Source of the DNA: Anaeramoeba ignava BMAN
Taxonomy: Eukaryota; Protista; Anaeramoebae
Reading direction: 5' to 3'
DNA length: 64,000 bases
NCBI GenBank assembly: GCA_028826165.1
Contig: JAPDFW010000105.1
Location: forward strand, 1 to 64,000
Shown here: piece after piece, positions 13,676 to 26,300 of the stretch
How the letters are laid out: every line of letters starts with the position of its first letter
Numbering within the stretch: position 1 is the stretch's first letter
Program-made: the position numbers and the translations under genes
Notes under the pieces: generated by a model
The model's input: the letters and a program-made list of their open reading frames with translations, nothing else
Told to the model about the DNA's origin: nothing
Database searches by the model: none

Positions 13676-16594
13676 ATGAAAATGAAAATAAAAAACAAAA
13701 AGAAAAACCAAAAAATAACGATTTTGACAATTTTGCTTTTGCTTATGACAACTATAACCAAAGAAGAAGAACACCAAGGCATAGTAAAAAATATGGAGGT
13801 ATCATTGTCATGGGCGCAGACAACAATATTAGCACCATCAGCTGGAAAGGCGAATGATTTTTTCGGAAATGCAGTGTCAATGTCAGGCGAAGTGGCAGTG
13901 ATTGGAGCTCCACGAACGCAAGTGGGAACAAATGTAAAGCAGGGAAAGGCATATGTGTATCGGAAGTCTGGATCTGCGTGGATATTAGAAGCTTCTTTAG
14001 CAGCTTCAGATGGAGCAAGTTACGATCTTTTTGGATCGAGCGTTGCAATTTTAAATGATGCCATTGTCGTTGGATCTCCAAATGCCACTGTCAGCGGGCA
14101 TTTGGGACAGGGCAAGTCATATGTTTTCAAAAAAACCACCAGTTGGTCGCAAATGCAAATTTTGACATCGACAGGAAGTCCCAACGACAAGTTTGGCAGT
14201 AGCATTGCTATCAGCTCTGATTATGTTGTCATTGGCGCCTATAACGCGCTCAGTGGTGCCAATGTCTCACAAGGGAAGGTTTATCTTTATAAAAACAACT
14301 CTGGAACCTGGAGTTATGACGTTGAGCTGTTCTCAAACGACAGTAAAGATCACGACTTCTTCGGTTACAGTGTGGGCATAAATGGAGACGTTATAGCTGT
14401 CGGAGCTCCAAATGCGCAAGTGGGCACACAAAGTTATCAAGGGAAGGCGTATGTGTTCCGGCTCGTAGAATCTTTATGGACACAAGAAGCAATGTTGGTT
14501 TCTGCTGATGGATCGCAAAACGACCGGATGGGTACCGCTGTAGACGTTTTTGGATCGTTTGTGTTTGTTGGTATCCCTTATGCTCAAGTTGGCAGCAATG
14601 ACAACGAAGGAAAGGTTGTTGTTTATGAATACAACTCCCCTTCATGGGCGGTGCTGTTTACTGTCTATTGCCAAAGCGGAGCTGATGGTACTCTTTTCGG
14701 TTCTGCTTTGCGCTTTTCAGGCGAGGTGCTTCTCGTCGGCGCTCCATGGGCAACTGTCGGAAGTAACGCGAATCAAGGGCAAGTGTTTGCGTATCGGAAA
14801 GACGGGGACTATTTCGCGTACGAAGCAACACTTCAGGCAAGCGACGGGAGAGCAGAAAACCAATTTGGAAAAAGTGTCGGAATTTCCGGCAACGTCGGGA
14901 TAGTGGGAAGTTCTATTTACGGAACAACAAGCGCAGAAGAGGGATCAACAGCATTGGTTCAGTATCAAGGAGAGGCGTATATGTTTCTGCGAACACCATC
15001 CACAATACCGCCTGTTGTTTTCCAGAAGTGCGACTCGCTGTATTCAAGCTTCAAGTGCTATTGGTACTCGCTTCTTCCGAGTGTTTATCAGTATCAGATC
15101 AAGTATCTCGAGAACTATTCGGTCATCACATCGCCATCTCTTTCAGGCGGGGTCTATTCAAAGGTTTTCTCTGCGCCAGCATATCCCGATGTGAAGGGGA
15201 ATCTTGATTGTCTGATTCAGATCCACGCTTGCAACACAACAACGGGCGAGTGTGGCGAGCCTTCTTACATCTATCCTTTGACAACCCGAATCAGCAAGCT
15301 CAACAACTTCGCATTCAACGCATCTCGCGACTCAATCCAATTCTCGTGGACTGCGCCAAATGTGCCCATTGAAGGCGGATATCCGAAATTAGACCACTAC
15401 AACATTACTTATCAAACCGGAATTTTGCCGGCAAAATCTTCCCTAATTTCCAACCAAGCAACTTCTTATTTGCTCAGCGGACTTGAATTGGTGACAAATT
15501 ATTCAATAAGCATTTTTGCCTGTCGAACATCTGCCTGCACCGGCGAAGATCAAGGCGAAGTGCAAAGCAAATGGATCTCGACAATTTTCAACGCTGTTCA
15601 AAATTTTGCGTGCTCTGTAAGCAACTACTACACAATTTCCTGCAGCTGGACACAGCCAAACGATCCGATCACGCCTTATTATTATTACCTGACCTACTCT
15701 GCAGCAACTCAAAATAATTCCGGATCAAAAAACACAACCGCAAAATCAACATCCTTCACGGCGCTATACTCGAACGTGGATTACCAAATCAGCGTGTATG
15801 CGGTTGATAAGAATTACGAGCTCGGGATTGTGTCATCAACAACCGTGAAAACAACGCAACTTCCAGTTCCAGAAGTGACAGGAACGTCAACTCAATCCGA
15901 ACAGATCCGCTACAACTTCAACACAATCTCTCAAGCAAAAGGCTACTTGATCACCCTCGACAACGGCGCGACCTGGACAAACTTCACGTCTGTATCAGTA
16001 TACTCCGGTTCCGCCACCGCGATCAAACAAAAGATCCCCGGAAACGTCGAGTATTCAACAATGATCCGCTATTGTTCCGAAATCACCTGCAATCTTGCAC
16101 TTGCTGGTTCCCCAACAAACACATCTTTGCTCACCCCTTCCCTTGGGAGCGTCTCCTCGCTCAATTGCACTGGAGGTATCGGCTCCGTTAACTGCACTTG
16201 GAATCCGCTCGTTCTTTCTGGAGGACTGCGCAAATATATTTTCTCCTACGGATCCGATTCTGTTTGTCTTTCAAATCAAACAACTCAAATTTTTCGCGAT
16301 AATCTTGTTCAAGGCGTTACTTACGAAATTGGCGTTGTTTCTTCCGCTGATTACAACTGCGACTCAAGCTCTTATTCAAGTCCTGCTACTCGTGTTTCTG
16401 TCTTCACTCTTAAATCAGAGCAATCTTCAAGTGATTCTCATTCTACTGTTGTTATTACTGCTACTCTTTGTATCTTTTTCGGTCTTATTTTGATCCTCAT
16501 TATTTTCTTCATCTCGAGAAAAAGATATAAAATTCAGGAAGAAAAAGCAAAACAAAATTTAGCCTTTAATTTGGATGAATTGGAAATTCAATAA
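13676..16594 (+). CDS. Type I membrane protein with FG-GAP (integrin-alpha-like) beta-propeller and fibronectin type III repeats
   Basis: Signal-like hydrophobic N-terminus, ~7 FG.S/AV...GAP...GKAYV repeats, FN3-like segments (SWTAP..LDHYNITY..YSISIFAC), C-terminal TM helix and short cytoplasmic tail; intronless. Confidence 0.88.
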   Translation: MKMKIKNKKKNQKITILTILLLLMTTITKEEEHQGIVKNMEVSLSWAQTTILAPSAGKANDFFGNAVSMSGEVAVIGAPRTQVGTNVKQGKAYVYRKSGSAWILEASLAASDGASYDLFGSSVAILNDAIVVGSPNATVSGHLGQGKSYVFKKTTSWSQMQILTSTGSPNDKFGSSIAISSDYVVIGAYNALSGANVSQGKVYLYKNNSGTWSYDVELFSNDSKDHDFFGYSVGINGDVIAVGAPNAQVGTQSYQGKAYVFRLVESLWTQEAMLVSADGSQNDRMGTAVDVFGSFVFVGIPYAQVGSNDNEGKVVVYEYNSPSWAVLFTVYCQSGADGTLFGSALRFSGEVLLVGAPWATVGSNANQGQVFAYRKDGDYFAYEATLQASDGRAENQFGKSVGISGNVGIVGSSIYGTTSAEEGSTALVQYQGEAYMFLRTPSTIPPVVFQKCDSLYSSFKCYWYSLLPSVYQYQIKYLENYSVITSPSLSGGVYSKVFSAPAYPDVKGNLDCLIQIHACNTTTGECGEPSYIYPLTTRISKLNNFAFNASRDSIQFSWTAPNVPIEGGYPKLDHYNITYQTGILPAKSSLISNQATSYLLSGLELVTNYSISIFACRTSACTGEDQGEVQSKWISTIFNAVQNFACSVSNYYTISCSWTQPNDPITPYYYYLTYSAATQNNSGSKNTTAKSTSFTALYSNVDYQISVYAVDKNYELGIVSSTTVKTTQLPVPEVTGTSTQSEQIRYNFNTISQAKGYLITLDNGATWTNFTSVSVYSGSATAIKQKIPGNVEYSTMIRYCSEITCNLALAGSPTNTSLLTPSLGSVSSLNCTGGIGSVNCTWNPLVLSGGLRKYIFSYGSDSVCLSNQTTQIFRDNLVQGVTYEIGVVSSADYNCDSSSYSSPATRVSVFTLKSEQSSSDSHSTVVITATLCIFFGLILILIIFFISRKRYKIQEEKAKQNLAFNLDELEIQ

Positions 16595-16753
16595 TTAATT
16601 AAGATTGCATTTCTTTCTTTTTTTTTTTTCTCTTTTTTCTATTCAAAAACAAAATTCAATTTCCTTTTTTTTTTCTCAACTTTTGGAAAAGAACTTTAAA
16701 ATTAAAAAATCAAAATTCCAAAATTCATTTTTTCATTTTTTTCTTTTTCAAAA

Positions 16754-18542
16754 ATGAATGAAATTATATTTTTTGGTTCAAATAAAGATCCAATTCTTAT
16801 CAAAAATGAACCAAATAGAATAAAAAAGCCAATTCAATTTAAATTTGAAAATGAAAATGAAAATGAAATTAAACAAATTTCATCAACTTTTTCAACAATT
16901 TTCCTTTTTGAAAATGGAAAAGCAATAGAATATTTAAAAGAAAATGATTCAAATCAAAATCCTGAAAAAATCCAAATTGAAGAAAATATTCAAAAAGTAT
17001 CTGCTGATTGGCGAAATGAAGCTATTTTAACAATAGAAGGAAATGTATTTGCCAAAGGAGAAGATATTAATCCAAAAAATCCAAAAGAATTTATTAATAT
17101 TTCATCATTAATTGAAGATAAAAATGATAGAATAATTGAAGATATAGTTTCTGGAGATAGTTCAATTTACTTATTAACTTCAAATCAAAATGCTTATGGA
17201 ATTGGTGATAATTATTTTGGTCAAGTTGGTTTTGATTCTAAAACACTTCCAAGAACACAAAAACCAATTTTAATGATGAAAAATGTTTCTAAAATATTTT
17301 CAGGAATTATTTCAAAAGATTTTGTTTTAAATTCAAATCAAGAATTATTTGTATGTGGATATAATAAATATGGTAAGCTTGGATTAGGAGAATCAAGAAG
17401 AGAAGATGAAATCATTAAATTAACCAAAATCCAAAATATTCCAAAAGGCAAAATAATTGATATTCAATGTGGATATAATAATTCAATAATGTTGATTGAA
17501 TTTAAAACAAAAAGAAAACTTTATTCATGTGGAGATTATCGATATAATGGACTTGGCAAAAATGAAAATACTTATGAATTTACTGAAATCAAATCATCTT
17601 TATTTGAAAATGATGATTATATTCTTGATTTTTCTATTGGTCATGCTCATAATTTGATTTTAACTTCCAATTCAAAATTAATTGGATTTGGTTTAAATCA
17701 TTATGGTCAATTAGGAACTGGAAATACAAAAAATCAATTAATTCCAATTCAAATTGAACTTCCTAAATTAAGATTTAATGAAGATATTTCTAATTATCAT
17801 ATTTCTTGTGGAAATGTAAGTTCATTTCTTTATTATTCTCCTCTTTCTTTTTCCAATCTTGAAGAAGATTTGATAAAATTATTTGAAAGAAAAGAATTTT
17901 GTGATATTTCATTTAAAACAGAAAATGGAGAAATAATCGAAGCTCATAAATTAATATTAAAATATAGATTAAATCAAAATCAAAATCAAATTGAAAAACT
18001 TCAAGAAATTATTTCAAAAATCAATTAAAGAATCAAATCAAATATTTGAAATGATTTATTCAAATAGAATAATAAATCCAAAATTATATTTTGAAATTAA
18101 AGAAATTATAAATTTAAATGAAAAAATTGAAGAAACAATGAAAAGAATTTATTTAAATGAAAATGAAAAAGAAAAAGATTTTATAATTGAAAGAAAAGAA
18201 AAGAAATATAAATTCCCTAAATTAATATTAATAATGAGAAGTGAATTATATCGAGGAATGTTTTTATCTGTAACAAATGATACTTCTAATAAAGTTACAG
18301 ATTATAGTGAATTAAGTAATAAATCATTCCAAATATTTGAATATTGGATTTATTCAAATCAAATCAAAAATGAAATTCAAATTACACAAGAAATAATTAA
18401 TGAAATTCAAATTGGAATTGATTATTTTCAATTAAATCAAACAAATCCAAATTTATTTGATTTATTAATTAAAAAATTTAATAATCAAAATCAAAATGAA
18501 AAAATTCAACAAGAAAAGAAAGAAAAATGTTTAATTTTTTAA
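16754..18542 (+). CDS. RCC1-like + tandem BTB protein, right-arm copy (frameshift near 18020)
   Basis: ORFs 16754-18028 and 17991-18542 join into the same architecture as the left paralogs. The break is in an A-run (IISKKSIKES in the paralog). Confidence 0.85.
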
Positions 18543-18718
18543 AAAAGAAATTATTAATGAAATTCAAATTGGAATTGATTATTTTCAATTAAATCAAACA
18601 AATCCAAATTTATTTGATTTAATAATTAACAAATTTAATAATCAAAATCAAAATCAAAATCAAAATTCCAAAAAAATTTTTTTTTTCATTTTTTTTCTTT
18701 TCTTTTTTTTTTAAATAA

Positions 18719-21700
18719 ATGAATCAACCCTTACTTAATAATGATAATGATACAAATAGTAATGGTAAATCTGAATCTGAATCTGAATCTGAAGATGAAA
18801 ATCAATTGGTGGTTTATGAAAGTAAATGATTTTTATCTTTAATTAAACTTTAAAAAAAAACGGAAAAATTTTTTTTCCTTTTTTTTTTCCTTTTATTTTG
18901 TTGTTCGACGATATAGATCTGCTTCCAAAACCAGAAGTCCATATTGTACCCAAGAAAAATCGAAATCAAGAAAAATCTGGAAGATTTCCAATAACAGAAA
19001 CTTATTGGGAAATGTAAAAAAGAGTTATTTCCAAAAAAATGATCAATTTTTCAATTTTATTCATTCATTTTCTTTTTTATTTTGCTATTCTTTTTTTAAA
19101 ATAGAATTTTTAGTTTAAATCAAATAGGAAAAGAAACAAATGGAAAAAAGTAATTTTTAATTTTTAATTTTTAATTTTAATTTTAATTTTGATTTTAAAT
19201 ATGAATTATTTTATTAAAAATGGATAAAAATAAAAAATAAGATGTTCTTCTTTTTCTTGTAAAAAAATTTCCAAAACATTTGCTATTTTAATGAAATCAT
19301 TAGAATTTTGGATATTTTTAATAATTTCACTTCTTTCTATACTTGGAATGACTTTACCTTCTTTAATTATTGGCAAAAAAAATCAAAATTCTGATTCCAA
19401 ATATGATTGTTGGATTTGGATTAAAATTTTCAATATTTTTTGGATTCTTTTATTATTTTTTCAAATTATTATTTTTTCAATTAGTCGAAATTTGAAAATC
19501 AAATTTTGGATCAATTTTATTCGAATTGTTAATTCCCTTATTATTCTCTTCCTTACCAGTTGGTCAATATATGGATTAGTTATTTCTATTGATAATTTTG
19601 ATAATTCAAATTCTGTAATTTATTTATTTTTATTTTGTTTAATTTATTATTAATTTATTATTTATTTTTATATTAGACAAGTTCAACTATTTCTTCTATT
19701 ATTTTTATTGAATCTTTTATTTTTATTATTATTTCTTCTTTATTTATCATTTGGTTAATTTATGAATCATTTTTCAAAGAAGGAGATTTAAAATATAAAA
19801 TGAAAATTTTATTAATTGGAATTATAACAACTATTATTATTGGATTTGGAATGGCTATTCCTTGTTTAATTATTGGAACAAAAAGTAGAAATTATTCTAA
19901 TTGGAAAATTGATTTTATTTGGATTCTTATTTTCAATATTTTTTGGATTATTACAACTTTTATTACATCTTTATCATTAATTTTGAATGGTTTTAAGAAT
20001 TTTTTCAAAAATCTTGATATACCAAAAAACCAAAAAATAATGATAACTTTTACATTAATTCCAATTATTTTCCTTTTAAGTTGGTCAATATATGGATTAG
20101 TTATTTCAGTTGATAATTTTCAAAATTCAAATTCTGTAATTTATTTATTTTTATTTAATTTTGTTTAATTTATTATTTATTTTTAATTTATTTTTATATT
20201 AGACAAGTTCAACTATTTCTTCTATTATTTTTATTGAATCTTTTATTTTTATTATTATTTCTTCTTTATTTATCATTTGGTTAATTTATGAATCATTTTT
20301 CAAAGAAGGAGATTTAAAAGATAAAATGAAAATTTTATTAATTACAATTATAACAACTATTATTATTGGATTTGTAATGGCTATTCCTTGTTTAATTATT
20401 GGAACAAAAAATAGAAATTATTCTAATTGGAAAACTGATTTTATTTGGATTCTTATTTTCAATATTTTTTGGATTATTACCATTTTTATTACATCTTTAT
20501 CATTAATTTTACATGATTTTAAGAATTTTTTCAAAAATCTTGATGAATCAAAAAACCGAGTAATTATAACTTTTACATTAATTCCAATTATTTTCCTTTT
20601 AAGTTGGTCAATATATGGATTAGTTATTTCTGTTGATAATTTTGATAATTCAAATTCTGTAATTTATTTATTTTTATTTTTATTTTGTTTAATTTTATTT
20701 AATTTATTTTTATTTTTATATTTTTATTATCAGATGCATTCAACTATTTCTTCTATTATTTTTAGTGAATCTTTTATTTTTATAATTATTTCTTCTTTAT
20801 TTATCATTTGGTTAATTTATGAATCATTTTTGGAAGAAGAAGAAGATTTTAAAGATAAAATGAAAATTTTATTAATTACAATTATAACAACTATTATTAT
20901 TGGATTTGTAATGACTATTCCTTGTTTAATTATTGGAACAAAAAATAGAAAATATTCTGATTGGAAAATTGATTTTATTTGGATTCTTATTTTCAATATT
21001 TTTTGGATTATTATCACTTTTATTACATCTTTATCTTTAATTTTACATGATTTTAAGAATTTTTTCAAAAATCTTGATGAATCAAAAAACCGAGTAATTA
21101 TAACTTTTACATTAATTCCAATTATTTTTCTTTTAAGTTGGTCAATATATGGATTAGTTATTTCAGTTGATAATTTTGATAATTCAAATTCTGTAATTTA
21201 TTTATTTTTATTTTTATTTAATTTATTTAATTTATTATTAATTTATTATTTATTTTTATTTATTTTTATATTTTTATATTAGACAAGTTCAACTATTTCT
21301 TCTATTATTTTTATTGAATCTTTTATTTTTATAATTATTTCTTCTTTATTTATCATTTGGTTAATTTATGAATCATTTTTAGAAAAAGAAGGTTTTAAAG
21401 ATAAAATGGAAATTTTATTAAGTGGGATTATAATAACTATTATTATTGGATTTGGAATAGTTATTCCTTGTTTAATTATTGGAACAAAAAATAGAAAATA
21501 TTCTGATTGGAAAACTGATTTTATTTGGATTCTTATTTTCAATATTTTTTGGATTATTATCACTTTTATTACATCTTTATATTTAATTTTACATGGTTTT
21601 AAGAATTTTTTCAAAAATCTTGATGAATCAAAAAATCAAATAATTATAACTTTTACATTAATTCCAATTATTTTTCTTTTAAGTTGGTCAATATATGGAT

Positions 21701-22930
21701 TAGTTATTTCTATTGATAATTTTGATAATTCAAATTCTGTAATTTATTTTTATTTTTATTTTTATTTTATTTAATTTTATATTTTTATATTTTTATTATC
21801 AGATGCATTCAACTATTTCAAAGATTATTTTTATTGAATCTTTTATTTTTATAATTATTTCTTCTTTATTTATCATTTGGTTAATTTATGAATCATTTTT
21901 GGAAGAAGAAGGTTTTAAAGATAAAATGAAAATTTTATTAAGTGGGATTATAATAACTATTATTATTGGATTTGGAATAGCTATTCCTTGTTTAATTATT
22001 GGAACAAAAAATAGAAATTATTCTAATTGGAAAACTGATTTTATTTGGATTCTTATTTTCAATATTTTTTGGATTATTATCACTTTTATTACATCTTTAT
22101 ATTTAATTTTACGTGATTTTGAGGATTTTTTCAGAGATCTTGATGAATCAAAAAATCGAGTAATGATAACTTTTACATTAATTCCAATTATTTTTCCTTT
22201 TAAGTTGGTCAATATATGGATTAGTTATTTCTATTGATAATTTTCAAAATTCAAATTCTGTAATTTATTTATTTTTATTTTTATTTATTTTATTTAATTT
22301 ATTATTTAATATATTTTTATATTTTTATTATCAGATGCATTCAACTATTTTAAAGATTATTTTTATTGAATCTTTTATTTTTATTATTATTATTTTCATC
22401 TGGGTATTTTTTAATTTCGTTTTTTTCCCAGATGATTCTCTGGAGAGGATAACAACAATAACATCAACTATTATTTTTGGATTTGGAATGGCTATTCCTT
22501 GTATTACAGTTTCAATTCAAGATAAAAATTGTCCTGATTTCACGAATTTTTTCACTTGGGTTATTGTTTTTAATATTTTTTGGATTCTCTTTTGTTTTTT
22601 ATTTCCTTTGTCGATAATATATGAATTTTACAATCCCGAAGAACTCCGTCCGTTGGGAGTATTCCTCAATATTCTCATTTTTCTTTTTCTTTTTGCGTGG
22701 TCAATTTATGGATGGGTTAAATATACATCTTGGGGTTCATCTGATGTAATTAAAAAATTAATTTTCTTCTTATTTTTTCTTTTATTTTCTCAAATTTTCT
22801 TTTTTTAAATATTTTTTAGAGTTCTTGTACTCACTTTAGCAACATTCTTTTATCTGAATCTATTATTTGTTCTATTTGTTGGTTTTTCAGTTGCATTAGT
22901 ATATCTCTTGTTTTAGAAAACATAGGTTGA
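18719..22930 (+). CDS. Multi-pass membrane protein built from tandem exons, right copy (5 similar units + 1 divergent unit)
   Basis: Exons 18719-18821, 18917-19013, 19105-19149, 19242-19614; repeat exons 19677-20135, 20203-20658, 20734-21192, 21283-21738, 21803-22259 (1-nt indel ~22192); then 22335-22745 and 22820-22930. GT-AG boundaries keep the frame. Confidence 0.78.
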
Positions 22931-23399
22931 TTTTGAATTTGGATCAATTAAAAAAAAAGAAAGAAAAAAGGAATTTGTTAAAACAAATTTGATTAGAAAA
23001 ATGGAAAATAAGAATAAAATTATTTCTCTTTTCAAATTAAAAAAATTCACTTTTAAAATAAAAAATTAAAAAAAGAAAAAAAATTATTTTTTCCTCTTTT
23101 TTTTTTTCATTTTTTTCAAAACAAAAATAAGTAAGAAATTTTATTTAACTTTTTTAAAAAAAAAAACTTTAATCAATTACACACACAAAAATAATAAATG
23201 AATAAATGAATTATCTAATAATTTTTTTTTCCTTTTTTGATATTTAATTCAAAAATAATTTAATTTAATTTAATTTAATTTAATTTAATTACTGAATTAT
23301 TTCTTTTTTCATTTAACAATTCTTCTTACAAAAAACAATTTTAAATTTATTTTGAATCATTTTTAAACAAAAAAAAAAAGAAGAAATAAATAGGATAAA

Positions 23400-26300
23400 A
23401 TGAAATCAAAAAAAATTCACAGAAATCAAAATCAAAATCAAAATCAAAATCAAAATCAAAATCAAAATCAAAATCAAAATCAAAATAAAAATCAAAATCA
23501 AAATAAAAATCAAAACCAAATTCAAATTCAAAATCTAAACCAAAATCAAAACCAAAACCAAAATCAAAATCAAAACCAAAACCAAAATCAAATTCAAAAT
23601 CAAATTCAAATTCAAAATCAAAATCAAATTCAAATTCAAAATCAAATTCAAATTCAAAATCAAAATCAAATTGAAAAATTTTATCAAATGAAAAACAAAG
23701 ATTTTAATGAATTAATCAAAAAGAATATTTTTTAAACATGAAACAAAATTCATTTTTACAAAGAAAAGAAAATAATTTTTTGATTTATACAGGAAAAGAA
23801 GAAAAAAAAATTCTTTCTAATAATTCAATAATAAATTCTTATTCTCCATTTTTTTCTATCAAAAATCTTGGAAACAAAAACCAACATTCAATTTATCTTA
23901 AAAATTTTGATTCAGATGTTGTTGAAAAAGTTATTCAATTCTTTTCAAATCCAGAAATAAAAATAATTCCAACAAAATTCGATCAATTTTATCAACTTGC
24001 GGATTTATTGAAAATTGATTTATTGAAAATTAAAATTGAAAAAGAAATGGAAAAATATATTAATCAAGAAAATGCAATCAATTATTATTTTATTGGATTA
24101 AAACTTGGTTCAAAATTTATTTGTGATATTTGTTTCAAATTACTTCTTCAAAATATTCATGAAATCATTGAAAATAATATTGAAAAATTAGTTGATCCCA
24201 ATTTTATTCAAAATTTCAAAACATTAAAATCAATTCAAATTTCAAATCCTGAACAAAATGGTTATGATTATTATTATGATTATGATGATTATGATTCTTT
24301 AGAGAATATCAAAAACAAAATTCAAAAAAAATTAAATTCAAAACAAAAACAAAATGAAATTTTAAATTGGAATTTTTTAAATACTTTTGAAACAAATGAA
24401 GATTTTGAAGAATCTTTTATTCAGAATTTTGAAACACCTCAAATATTAAAAGAAACAGAATTCAAAACAATTAGAGAAGCTTTTACAGAAATTAATGGAA
24501 AATTTGAGGAATATCAAAAAAAGAATAAGCAAATTTATGAACTAAAAGCAAAATTGAAAAATGCACAAGAAAATCAAGCAATAACATTACAATATCAAGA
24601 AGATATGGCAGAAAAAAAATTAAATGAATTTTTCAATGAATTTTCAAATGAAAATGAAAATGAAAGTGAAAGTAAATCAAAACAAATTTCAAAAAAAAAA
24701 GAAAAATTTTGATAATTTAATTGATTTTATTCATATTTCTAATAACAAAAAAAAAAGATGAGAATCAAGATCCAAATTTACTTTATGATATTCTTGATTG
24801 GATGAAGAAATTTCCAAATAATAAAATTATTCGAGAAAAAGGATGTTTTGCTTTAGAAAAATTTTCACAAAAAATTGAAAGTAAAATTTTAATCAAAATA
24901 AAATTAAAAAATCAACAAATCATTTTCAAAACAAAATTAAAAAATAAATAAATTAAAAAATATAGATCAAAATCAAATTCAACAAAATGGAACTGAATTA
25001 ATTATTCAATTAATGAAAAAATATCAAAAAAATGAAAATCTTCAACAATATTCAATTTCAATTTTGGATAATATTTCAATGAATTCAAGTAAAAATCAAA
25101 ATCAAAATTAAAATTAAAATCAAAATTAAAATTAAAATTAAAATTAAAATTAAAATTTTGAAAAAAGAAAAACAAAAGGAATTTCAAGAACAAATTTCAA
25201 AATTTGAAGGAATTGAACTAATTATTAAATCAATGATTAATTTTCCTAATAATGAAAAGATAATAGAACACTCAAATCAACTTTTATTGAAGAATTGTAT
25301 TAATAATGAAGGTAAAAAATATTCATTTTTTCAATTCAAAAAAAAAATGAAGAATTTTAAAAAGTTGATCAAAAAAAAAAAAAAAAAAAAAGAAAATAAG
25401 AAGAAAATTGAAGATTTAAAAGGAATTGATTTAATTATTCAATCAATGAATAATTTCCCAAATAATAAAATTATTCAAGAAAAAGGATGGAAATTTTTAT
25501 TGAATTTATCTAATATTAATTTTGGTAAATCAATTTAAAATCAATTTAAAATCAATTTAAAATCAATTTAAAATTCTCATTTCTTTTTGTTTTTCAAAAA
25601 AAATTTAAACAAAAAAAAAAAAGAAAATAAAAAAATCACAAAACAAATTAAAAAACCACAAGGAATACAACCAATAATATTTATAATGTCTAATTTCCCT
25701 AAAAATGAAAAAATTCAAGATTATGGATTTTTCTTTTTAAATCAAATTGCTTTTGATAATGAAGGTAAAATTCCTAAAATTCAAAATTATTTCCTTTTTT
25801 TTTTCCCTTTTAAAAAATGAATTTAATCAAAACAAAATCAATTTTCATTTTGAATTCATTTAATACAAATGAAGAAAATCAAATTAAATTTAGACAATTT
25901 AAAGGAATTCAAACAATTATAAATTCAATGAATAATTTCTTTCAAAGAAAAGATTTTCAAGAAAAAGGATTGAATATTTTAATTAATTTTTCTAATAATC
26001 AATTTGGTAAAATTAAAAGAATTGAAATGAATTTTAAATTTAAATTTAAATTTAATTTTCAACAAAACAAACACAAAAATTAATTTAAAAAAAGAAAATC
26101 AAACTCAATTTAAAGAATCTAAAGTTATTAAAACAATTTTTGAAACATTAAAAAATTTCTTAAAAGACGAGAATTTTCAAGAAAAAGGATTTCAAATTTT
26201 ATTGAATATTTCCAATAATAAAGGTAAAATTCTCAAAAAAAAAAAATTATATATTTATTTAATTCAAATTCAATTTGAAATCAAAAAATAGAAAATCAAA

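Noticed and set aside
13752-16493. Short overlapping or antisense ORFs within the FG-GAP gene
   Set aside because: By-products of higher GC within a long coherent ORF; no recognisable motifs
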